Source of the DNA: an uncultured Enterobacterales bacterium
Lineage (GTDB): Bacteria; Myxococcota_A; UBA796; CAJQPC01
Reading direction: 5' to 3'
Assembly: GCA_964604165.1 (NCBI GenBank)
Contig: CAZRYF010000013.1
Span: 3,408-67,407, forward strand
Length of the DNA stretch: 64,000 nucleotides
A program made the position numbers and the translations under genes. The number at the start of each line of letters is the position of its first letter. Positions within the stretch are counted from its first letter, which is position 1. Of the stretch, positions 1-7,232 are shown in pieces. The notes under the pieces are model-generated. The model was not told where the DNA came from, ran no database searches, and saw only the letters and a list, made by a program, of their open reading frames with translations.

Positions 1-346
1 CGGACAGGCGCTTCTCCAGGGTGGCGGTGTACTTGGGCAGGAGCAGAACCGGCGTGCCGTCTGCGGTGGTGAATCGGGCGTGTAGGCGCGGGAGGAAGGG
101 CCAGCGGGCATCCTCCAGCAGGCGTCCCTGCTCCAGGAGCGCGTCGCGGCAGGCCGCCAGCACATCGCCGGGGGCCGAGGTGTCCGCGGGGAAGTCTTCC
201 CGGTTCAGGGCGCTCTTCAAAACAAACTCGTCGCCTGCGGCCTCGTCACGCACCACGTAGCTCTTGCCCCACAGACCGCGGCCAAGGAGCTGCCCTACCT
301 GGTAGGAGCGGCCCTGTGAATCTCGAACGACATCTCCGGTCTTCAT
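1..346 (-). CDS. Ser/Thr protein kinase-like protein, N-terminal part only (gene continues beyond the window start)
   Basis: Hand translation of the minus strand from ATG (CAT at 344-346) gives MKTGDVVRDSQGRSYQVGQLLGRGLWGKSYVVRDEAAGDEFVLKSAL... The glycine-rich loop GRGLWGKSY followed by a VLK lysine matches Hanks-type kinases. It is absent from the ORF track because it has no stop inside the window. Confidence 0.55.
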   Translation of the reverse strand, partial: MKTGDVVRDSQGRSYQVGQLLGRGLWGKSYVVRDEAAGDEFVLKSALNREDFPADTSAPGDVLAACRDALLEQGRLLEDARWPFLPRLHARFTTADGTPVLLLPKYTATLEKRLS

Positions 347-430
347 GAGGGCGTGTGCATCTCAAGGCGGGGGGTTGGAATCGGGGTATCGGCTGCCTGG
401 ATCCCTGTCAACGCGTACACTCATCGCACC

Positions 431-2056
431 ATGAATCCCCTTCTCTTTCCACGCGACGGACATGGCCCCTACCGGGTGTTGCGAGGCTTCGCCGGGGGGG
501 TGGTGGACCGATTTCATGCCGCCTGTGCTGACCCGGAGACCGCGCAACAGGAACGGCTGGCGCGGATTCTGGGGGATGTGCAGGGATCGGCCTTTGGGTT
601 GGAGCACGGCCTGTCAGGACGGGAGGGGTTGCAGGCGCTCCGGGAGAAGGTGCCCATCCGGGGAGATGCCCAGTGGAGACCCTGGCTGAAGCGGATGGAA
701 GAGGGCGAGAAACAGGTCTTGACCCGGTCCCGGGTGCGGGCTTTCGTGCAGACCTCGGGCACCACGGGAGCCTCCAAGCTCCTGCCAGTTACGAGGCCCT
801 GGGCGAAGGCGGTGTCCGATGGACAGGCCTTGTGGCGATTGGGGTTGGTGCGGGACTGTGAGGCCATCACCCGGGGCGGCGCCCTGACGCTGGTTTCTCC
901 CGGGGTGGAAGGACGCCTTCCGTCGGGGCTGCCCTTTGGCTCAAACACGGGTCGCATGCAGCGGGCCCAGCCCTGGATTGTCCGGCTGCGGTACCCGGTG
1001 CCCCCCGCAGTTCATGCCCTGGAGGATCCGGATGCTCGAATGTATGCGCTTCTGCGGTTTGCTTTGCAGTCGGAGCTCTCGTCGATCACGACGGCAAATC
1101 CTTCGACCTTGCTGCTCTTGTGCCGAAAGCTGCTCGAGTTTCGGGAGGATTTGGCTGCGGATTTGGCGGAGGGCTGCCTCTCCCGGGGGCCGGCGGCTGC
1201 CATTCCCGACGCTCTTCGTGCACGCTGGAATCGGTCCATGAAGCGGGGGAGCCCTCCTGATGAGTGGAAGCCCACGAAGATCTGGCCCCTGCAGCGAATC
1301 CAGTGCTGGAAGGGCGGGGCAGCGCCGTTCTTTCTGGAGCGACTGGAGGCTGCCTTGGGGGGGGATTTGCCTGTGAGGGATGTGGGTGTCACGGCGAGTG
1401 AAGGCTATTTTGCGATTCCGCAGACCGATGGCGCCGAGGGAGGGGTGGCCTGGCTCGGAGGGCATGTACTGGAGTTCCTGGACGCTGCGGAGAGGCCCCA
1501 CTGGGCCTGGGAGCTGAGAGACGGCCAGCAGTATCGGCTGGTGATCACGACCTCTGCGGGGCTTGTGCGCTACGACCTGGACGACGTGGTGGAGGTGACG
1601 GGCCACGTGGGGCGGGCCCCGGTGTTTCGCTTCGTGCGGCGCGGGGCGGGGGTCCTGAACGTGACCGGGGAAAAGCTGACAGAAGACCAGGTGGTGCGCT
1701 CGGTGCGGGAGGTGCTCGGTGGAGGGGAGGTGGCTGGCTTCACGGCTGGCCATCGCATGGCCGAAGTACCCTGCATCGTGTTCCTGGTGGAAGGGGAGCG
1801 CCCCCGTGAAGGGGGGCTTGCCGAGCGGCTGGATGCGGCCTTGGCGCGTTCGAACGTGGAGTACGCCTCCAAGCGGAAGAATGGACGGCTGGGGCCGGTG
1901 CTTGTGGAGTGGCTGCCCCTCGGCACCTATGACCGGTACCGGGTGGCGCGGGTTCGGGACGGGGCTCCGGACGGACAGGTCAAGGACCCGATCCTGGCCC
2001 TGGATGAGGCGGCCCTGGAGCGGGTGCGGGCTGCGGCTAGAGCGGCCGGTTCCTGA
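431..2056 (+). CDS. GH3-family acyl-acid amido synthetase-like adenylating enzyme (paralogue 1)
   Basis: ORF 353-2056, with preferred start ATG 431 (MNPLLF...). GH3 motifs are present: QTSGTTGASKLLP, TASEGY and LVRYDLDDVVEV. The C-terminal part (VITTSAGLVRYDLDDVVEVTGHVGRAPVFRFVRRGAGVLNVTGEKLTEDQ) is collinear with ORF 37291-38955. Confidence 0.8.
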   Translation: MNPLLFPRDGHGPYRVLRGFAGGVVDRFHAACADPETAQQERLARILGDVQGSAFGLEHGLSGREGLQALREKVPIRGDAQWRPWLKRMEEGEKQVLTRSRVRAFVQTSGTTGASKLLPVTRPWAKAVSDGQALWRLGLVRDCEAITRGGALTLVSPGVEGRLPSGLPFGSNTGRMQRAQPWIVRLRYPVPPAVHALEDPDARMYALLRFALQSELSSITTANPSTLLLLCRKLLEFREDLAADLAEGCLSRGPAAAIPDALRARWNRSMKRGSPPDEWKPTKIWPLQRIQCWKGGAAPFFLERLEAALGGDLPVRDVGVTASEGYFAIPQTDGAEGGVAWLGGHVLEFLDAAERPHWAWELRDGQQYRLVITTSAGLVRYDLDDVVEVTGHVGRAPVFRFVRRGAGVLNVTGEKLTEDQVVRSVREVLGGGEVAGFTAGHRMAEVPCIVFLVEGERPREGGLAERLDAALARSNVEYASKRKNGRLGPVLVEWLPLGTYDRYRVARVRDGAPDGQVKDPILALDEAALERVRAAARAAGS

Positions 2057-2645
2057 GGATCAACGGGCCTCGAATGGCCCAGCGCTGCTCGTCGCCGCTG
2101 TTCCAGAGGAGGTCAGGTCCGGCGGAGGTGCAGGCGAGGTTCAGGTTCAGCTCCATTCGGGTCCAGCTCTGTAGCTGGGCCAGGTCCTCGTCCATGCGTG
2201 CCTGGCGTTGAAGCTGAATGTCTCCGTCGCAGGGAATGGGGGGGAGTCCCATGCCGTCTTCCCGGCTTACGAGCCGCTCCGTGTAGGAGGCTGCCCAACC
2301 CTTTCCTCCGCCTGTTCCCTCGAAGAACTCTCGGTCCATTGCCAAGGAAAGACCCGCCTCAAAGGGAACGGCCTCCCAGGGGTAGACGGCCTGCCGTAGC
2401 CGGGCTGCTCCGTTGAGCTTCATGGGGTCGCCCGTATTGGTGTGGTCTTTGGGGGTGGGTTGTGCCGCCAACACGATGGACAAGGTCATGGGGGCCTGCT
2501 CTTCCAGGATCACCTCCAGATCTCCCCCCAACCACTGCTGGCGATCCGGAGTACGCTGAACCACCAGCTGCACGAGATAGAGGAAGGGCAGGAGGAGCCC
2601 GATGAAGACTCCAAACGCCACGGGAACCCTGGACCTTTTTTCCAT
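2037..2645 (-). CDS. hypothetical membrane-anchored protein
   Basis: C-terminal 202 codons of ORF 2037-2999. The start is ATG at 2645 (MEKRSRVPVAFGVFIGLLLPFLYLVQLVV), giving one N-terminal hydrophobic helix followed by a non-repetitive soluble domain. I recognised no family. The 3' end overlaps GH3 gene 1 convergently by 20 nt. Confidence 0.5.
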   Translation of the reverse strand: MEKRSRVPVAFGVFIGLLLPFLYLVQLVVQRTPDRQQWLGGDLEVILEEQAPMTLSIVLAAQPTPKDHTNTGDPMKLNGAARLRQAVYPWEAVPFEAGLSLAMDREFFEGTGGGKGWAASYTERLVSREDGMGLPPIPCDGDIQLQRQARMDEDLAQLQSWTRMELNLNLACTSAGPDLLWNSGDEQRWAIRGPLILRNRPL

Positions 2646-2681
2646 GGGGCACGACGCTACCACGCCCGGGGGAGGCCGGAT

Positions 2682-3827
2682 TTGATCTGGGCAATCCGGG
2701 TTCTTTTGGGGTTGGCCGTCTTGGGGTGGGTGGCGGGTCTTGTGAAGATAGAGCGCCGGCGGCGCCACCCGGTATGGACCCTGGGTCCGTCGGATCCTCC
2801 TGTGGAGCCCGGGGTGGGTGTGAGCGTGGTGGTGCCGGCGCGAAACGAAGTAGACAACCTGGGGGCCTGCCTGAATGCAATCTTGGCATCGGACCATCCC
2901 AGCCTGCAGGTGGTGGTGCTGGATGATGCCTCCACCGATGGAACCACCGAGCTGCTTCGAGAGCGGGCAGGCGGGGATGACCGGATTCTGGCTCTGCACG
3001 GATCAGAGGAGCCTCCGGAGGGTTGGTATGGAAAGCCGTGGGCCCTTGAGCGGGCGCAGCGTGAGGCCACGGGGGACTGGTTGGTTTTTGTGGATGCAGA
3101 CGTGCGGCTGCACCCCACGGCGTTGTCTCGCATCGTGGGGTACGGGGAGCGAGAAGGGGTGGGGATGGTCTCCGGCATTGGGCGCCTGGAGAACCAGACT
3201 TTCTGGGAGAAGGTGCTCCAACCTGCGGTGGCGGGGCTCATTCTTGCGGGCAACGACATGGACGACGTCAACGACCCGGATCAGCCGGACAAGATCATGG
3301 CGAACGGCCAGCTCATCGCCGTGAAGCGAGACGCCTACGAGTCCCTGGGCCGGCATGCGGCGGTGGCGGGGGCGGTCATCGAGGACGTGGCCATCGCACG
3401 GGCGGCCGCGGAGGCGGAGGTCGGGTACCGCTTTCTGCTGCTCAAAGACCTGTTTGACTGCCGCATGTATACGTCGTTCTCGGAGATCTGGCAGGGGTGG
3501 AGCAAGAACCTCTTTGCGGGCATGCACTATTCGTGGGGGATTCTGCTTGCGGTGCTCGTTTGGCTGTTCATCCAGGTGCTGGCTGGGCCGCTGTTGCTGG
3601 GGTTGGGGGTGGTGGGTTGTGTAGAGGGGGAGTGGCTGTTTTGGGGAGCGGTGCTGACGGTTTGCATGCAGGTGGTGCGGCTGCGCATGGATTTGATTTG
3701 GGGGTTGTCGCCGTTGTACGGGTTGACGCATGCACCGGCGACGTTGGGGGTGATGGGGATTTTGGTGAATTCGGGGGTGCAGCACTTGAGGGGGGGGGTG
3801 AAATGGAAGGGGAGGAGGGTGCGGTAG
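2682..3827 (+). CDS. family 2 glycosyltransferase with C-terminal membrane helices
   Basis: Frame of ORF 2442-3827. The 5' part of that ORF overlaps the divergent gene, so I place the start at TTG 2682, 7 nt after GGGGAGG (2668-2674). GT-A signatures are present: VSVVVPARNE, VVVLDDASTDGT and FVDADV (DxD). The C-terminal third is hydrophobic. Confidence 0.8.
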   Translation: MIWAIRVLLGLAVLGWVAGLVKIERRRRHPVWTLGPSDPPVEPGVGVSVVVPARNEVDNLGACLNAILASDHPSLQVVVLDDASTDGTTELLRERAGGDDRILALHGSEEPPEGWYGKPWALERAQREATGDWLVFVDADVRLHPTALSRIVGYGEREGVGMVSGIGRLENQTFWEKVLQPAVAGLILAGNDMDDVNDPDQPDKIMANGQLIAVKRDAYESLGRHAAVAGAVIEDVAIARAAAEAEVGYRFLLLKDLFDCRMYTSFSEIWQGWSKNLFAGMHYSWGILLAVLVWLFIQVLAGPLLLGLGVVGCVEGEWLFWGAVLTVCMQVVRLRMDLIWGLSPLYGLTHAPATLGVMGILVNSGVQHLRGGVKWKGRRVR

Positions 3828-3892
3828 GAGGGGAGAAGGAGGGAGGGGGGGCGTGGGGTGCGTACCCTCGAACCTCGAGAGGAGTTCTGGAG

Positions 3893-4120
3893 GAGTTCTG
3901 GGGACACAATACTAAACTCTGCGCCTGAAGAATTCCGCGGCAGCTACCGGGGCGAGTTCTGAACGACCAGGAGTTCTTCTGGAACGAGTTCTGGGGACAC
4001 AATACTAAACTCTGCGCCCGAGTTCTGGGGACACAATACTAAACTCTGCGCCTGAAGAATTCCGCGGCAGCTACCGGAGAAAAGGAAAGTTCAATGGAGT
4101 TAAGTATTCTGTCCCCAGAA
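3893..4120. repeat. Intergenic repeat family: three direct 33-bp copies, two of them extended to an identical 58-bp unit, plus one inverted 24-bp copy
   Basis: GAGTTCTGGGGACACAATACTAAACTCTGCGCC occurs at 3893-3925, 3986-4018 and 4020-4052. The 58-bp unit (the 33-mer plus TGAAGAATTCCGCGGCAGCTACCGG) is identical at 3893-3950 and 4020-4077. The inverted copy GAGTTAAGTATTCTGTCCCCAGAA at 4097-4120 matches 22 of 24 nt as reverse complement of 4023-4046. The short seed GAGTTCT also occurs at 3882, 3954 and 3971. Confidence 0.9.
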
Positions 4121-4284
4121 TGCACCCGGCTGTGGCGTCGGAGCTTGCGCACCATCCTGGTGACCGCCCGGTCCTTGTTTTAGAGGCTCCACTCAATCGG
4201 GCGACCGCCCTTTGAGGTGAAAAGTGCGACCTGAATCGTGGCTTTGTGGACGTCGAGACCGACGTAGCTGCTATCCTTGTTCAT
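4121..4284 (-). pseudogene. IS110-family transposase relic (N-terminal about 50 codons, in-frame stop, 3' truncated)
   Basis: Minus-strand translation from ATG at 4284 gives MNKDSSYVGLDVHKATIQVALFTSKGGRPIEWSL*NKDRAVTRMVRKLRRH... YVGLDVHK..I.VA is the typical IS110/IS116/IS902 N-terminus. There is an in-frame TAA at 4180-4182. The reading frame dissolves where the inverted repeat copy (4097-4120) begins. Confidence 0.6.
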
Positions 4285-4516
4285 GACCGGCTCCGCTCGT
4301 ATGCGGCTCTGGCGCCTTCCGGCGACAACCCGCGGGTTTATGAAACACCAGCGTCCCATTCCGGGATGATGACATTTGCGAATCGGAGCTGGTCACTCCA
4401 AATGGTCTAGCTGATACGAACTCGACGTTCACCTGACCCGACATGCAACTGAAGTTGGTGTTCCCTGTCACTCAGATTCCGTTGAGAATCGGATCTGTTC
4501 AATTCGTCATCGTCAC

Positions 4517-4560
4517 CCCCCGTGTCTCCATCCCCCGTGTCTCCATCCCCGGTGTCTCCT
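4517..4560. repeat. Short tandem repeat (15-bp unit, about 3 copies)
   Basis: CCCCCGTGTCTCCAT occurs at 4517-4531 and 4532-4546, followed by the degenerate CCCCGGTGTCTCCT at 4547-4560. Related GTGTCTTC and GCGTCTCC cores lie at 4566-4573 and 4604-4611. Confidence 0.8.
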
Positions 4561-4618
4561 CCAGAGGTGTCTTCTGTGCCCGCCCTCGGGAATGTCTTGG
4601 GGTGCGTCTCCTGTGCGC

Positions 4619-5938
4619 TTACTGGGGTGCCGGCGCTCCCGTGTCCGTCGGCTCGTCGTCGACTGGCTCGGCGGGGATCTCCCCCGTCAGCAGGTAGTTC
4701 ACCAGCTCGGTGGACCGACCGAAATCCCCGTTGCTGAACACATGCGCCGACTCCCCTGTGTTCTGGACCCAGGCCCCCTCCACCGTCGACAGGGACTGCG
4801 CCAGGGAGTCGTAGTGGGTCTCTGGCAGGGGAATTCGCGGATCCGCGTCCGAGTAGATCACCGCCGTGCGCATGCCGGTGAAACCCCCGGTGCTGGCCAG
4901 CTGGCTCAGGGAGGTCTGGCTCCAGGTGGGCTCGGGACGCTCCGGGTCTTCCCCATCAAAGTTGTAGACCCGCTGCAGTCCGACCCGCTCCGCGGAAAAG
5001 CTGTCGAGGGTCGCCCAGGAGGTCAGGTCCTCCACGGGCGCATCCAGCAGGACGCCGGCGACCGGGGGCATGTCCGCTCGGCGCAGCAGATCCGCCACAC
5101 CCCGCGCCCCGTCCCCGAGTCCCACCAGATACAGCTGCTCCAAGTCCAGGTTCAGGGCCACCTGGCTGTCGTGGGACACGGCGAACTCCAGGTCCTGGAG
5201 GAAGCGAATCATCCACCAGGCAAAGGTGTGGCCGTTTCGGATGACTCCCAGGTCGGCCGCCAGGTCGTTGGGGCTGTCCTCGACGCCGTTGTGCCACAGG
5301 TCTCCCCAGCAGTTGATGGGGTAGACACCCACCATTCCAGCCTCCACCATCGCGGCGGGCAGGCTGCCGGTGTTGTTCTCCGTGGGGTCTACTGAGTCGC
5401 CCTGGCCCAGGGTCTCCCAGACCTTCTTGATGCCCCAGTCCCGGTGAAGACGTGTCACCGAACCGACGCCGCCCCGGTAGTGCTCGCCGGCGAGGGGATC
5501 GGCTGGGTCAGGGGCGAGCACGTAGTCAAATGCCGAGGAGTGCAGAACGACTGCCACGGGGGAACTGGTGGAACCCATGGGTTCACCCTCTCCGCTGTCC
5601 ACTGTGCCTGTGTCGGCTGTGTCCGGGAGAGGCGGCGGCGTGGTGCCGGTGTCTTCCCCCGAGTCTTCCCCGCTGTCACTTCCGCTGTCCTCCACCGGAT
5701 CCTCGACCACAATGGGTTCGGTCTCCTCGGTCTTTTCGCTGTTGTACACCACGTAGAACCGGGCGGGCTGGCCATCGGGGCACAACAGGGCCGGCTGCGG
5801 TTCATAGGACAGAATCGCACCGCTCTGGGTGGCGAGATCCGGATGCCGGAAGGGCACCGCGCTGAGCTCGCTCGTGGAGGGGGTACGCCAGCAGCCGGCG
5901 AGGAGAGGCAAGACGGCAAGAAAGGAAAGGCGTGGCAC
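4619..5938 (-). CDS. lipoprotein of unknown function with an acidic Asp/Glu/Ser/Gly/Thr linker
   Basis: Frame of ORF 4619-6055. The start is placed at GTG 5938, 6 nt after GGAGAA, giving MPRLSFLAVLPLLAGCW with lipobox LLAGC. Low-complexity linker EDPVEDSGSDSGEDSGEDTGTTPPPLPDTADTGTVDSGEGEP is followed by a globular domain of about 300 aa. Confidence 0.65.
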   Translation of the reverse strand: MPRLSFLAVLPLLAGCWRTPSTSELSAVPFRHPDLATQSGAILSYEPQPALLCPDGQPARFYVVYNSEKTEETEPIVVEDPVEDSGSDSGEDSGEDTGTTPPPLPDTADTGTVDSGEGEPMGSTSSPVAVVLHSSAFDYVLAPDPADPLAGEHYRGGVGSVTRLHRDWGIKKVWETLGQGDSVDPTENNTGSLPAAMVEAGMVGVYPINCWGDLWHNGVEDSPNDLAADLGVIRNGHTFAWWMIRFLQDLEFAVSHDSQVALNLDLEQLYLVGLGDGARGVADLLRRADMPPVAGVLLDAPVEDLTSWATLDSFSAERVGLQRVYNFDGEDPERPEPTWSQTSLSQLASTGGFTGMRTAVIYSDADPRIPLPETHYDSLAQSLSTVEGAWVQNTGESAHVFSNGDFGRSTELVNYLLTGEIPAEPVDDEPTDTGAPAPQ

Positions 5939-5964
5939 TCGGTTTCTCCAGCCAGGGCAGGGTA

Positions 5965-6687
5965 TCAGGGGTCGACGACGCAGCGAAAGCCCACGGGGCC
6001 CGTGGGGGTTGCAGCAGGATGGCCAAAACAAGCAGATCCGTCCACCACGCCGCATCCAAGTCGCCCTTCAGCATCCAGGTGCCAGAGCCATGCCCCCAGG
6101 TCGAAGAGGCCCTGTACAGGGGGGTGCATGCCCACCTCGAATAGATCCCCCATGCGTGGGTACCGGGTCCGCCCCAAGCGGTCGTCTGCGTGCTCCCCCC
6201 AAGGCCATCGGGCGGTTCCCCACAGGGACTTCAACTCCTCCCGGGTGGGCAGTCGCTTGCCCAGGGAGTGGGCAAACGCTGATGCCTCAGCCAGATCGGC
6301 TCCCGTCTTTGGGCAGAGGGGGTCGACTCCGTCGGGCAAGACAGTGTTCGACCTGGTTTCCCCTGCCGGTACCCGAAGCCATGCATCCCAGGTGACGGGA
6401 AACACGTCGACAAAAAGCGGGTTGTCCAGGCGGACGAGGGCCATTTGCGGGTGGGCACCATCCGGGTTGACCCAACCGGAGACCTCGTGGGGCTCCCACT
6501 GGGTCAAGGGACGGGGGGGACGGATGCGCAGTGTGACCTCAGCGCGGCGCACTCGACGGGTCGAGGACAGGGTGACCCGGGCGGTCAGCACCTGGTAGGT
6601 GGCTTCCTGGGGTCGCAGGTTGTTGGTGGCCAGCGCACGGCTCACCGCGTGGCGAACATGAACTCCGGTGGCGTGGGTGCTCGGCAC
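5965..6687 (-). CDS. FGE-sulfatase (SUMF1) domain protein
   Basis: Frame of ORF 5965-6897. The start is uncertain; GTG 6687 was chosen because the 5' extension is Pro/Arg-rich and runs into the divergent fabZ-like promoter region. The C-terminal half carries SUMF1-type blocks: VTWDAWL, EASAFAHSLGKRLPTREELKSLWG, GLFDLGAWLWH and GFRCVVDP. Confidence 0.6.
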   Translation of the reverse strand: MPSTHATGVHVRHAVSRALATNNLRPQEATYQVLTARVTLSSTRRVRRAEVTLRIRPPRPLTQWEPHEVSGWVNPDGAHPQMALVRLDNPLFVDVFPVTWDAWLRVPAGETRSNTVLPDGVDPLCPKTGADLAEASAFAHSLGKRLPTREELKSLWGTARWPWGEHADDRLGRTRYPRMGDLFEVGMHPPVQGLFDLGAWLWHLDAEGRLGCGVVDGSACFGHPAATPTGPVGFRCVVDP

Positions 6688-6749
6688 TTTGTCGCGGTCC
6701 TTGGGAGGGTCGGCTACTAGGATAGCGCGCTCCACAAGGGGAGGAGAAC

Positions 6750-7232
6750 GTGCGCTGGCACATGCTGGACCGAATTGACGAAATGGTGCAGGGCGAGCAA
6801 GCCCGCGGCACAAAGAGCTGGCCGGAAGACCTGGAGTTTTTCCAGGATCACTTCCCGGGGTTTCCCGTGGTGCCCGGTGTCCTTTTGTTGGAAGCAATGG
6901 CCCAGCTCGCAGGAAAGCTCATCGGCTACACCGTGCGCCTGGAGCGGGGAGACTGGCCCTTTCCAGTGTTCAGCATGGCGGAGAAGGTGAAGTTTCGTCG
7001 GTTTGTTCGCCCTGGTGACGAGGTGGAGCTGGTGGCCCGCTTTTTGGCCCTTCGGGAGGAGAGCGCGGTCATGCGCGTGGAGGCACGAGTGGACGGCCGG
7101 CGACATGCCCAGGCGGAGCAGACCTTTGTCTTCAATGCGGTGCCTTTTGAGAACGCCGCCGAGAGCGAGAACGTGGAGCGTCTGGAGCGCGCGGAGATGA
7201 AGCGCCTGTGGGCGGAGTGCCCGGACGAATGA
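6750..7232 (+). CDS. FabZ/FabA-like beta-hydroxyacyl-ACP dehydratase (hotdog fold)
   Basis: FFQDHFPGFPVVPGVLLLEAMAQLAG matches the FabZ active-site block HFPxxPxxPGVLxxEAxAQ. It is the first gene of a plus-strand run with stop/start overlaps. Confidence 0.85.
   Translation: MRWHMLDRIDEMVQGEQARGTKSWPEDLEFFQDHFPGFPVVPGVLLLEAMAQLAGKLIGYTVRLERGDWPFPVFSMAEKVKFRRFVRPGDEVELVARFLALREESAVMRVEARVDGRRHAQAEQTFVFNAVPFENAAESENVERLERAEMKRLWAECPDE

Noticed and set aside
3893-4052. Direct repeats considered as a possible mini CRISPR array
   Set aside because: Copies 2 and 3 are separated by only 1 nt, while copies 1 and 2 are 60 nt apart. There are therefore no uniform spacers. No cas genes are present. The repeat also occurs inverted, so a mobile-element scar fits better.
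4619-5938. Assignment of the lipoprotein as an alpha/beta-hydrolase esterase on the basis of LVGLGDGARG
   Set aside because: The putative nucleophile elbow has Asp rather than Ser and does not fit the Sm-x-Nu-x-Sm pattern well. I could not identify a clear catalytic His or acid, so the gene is left as unknown function.
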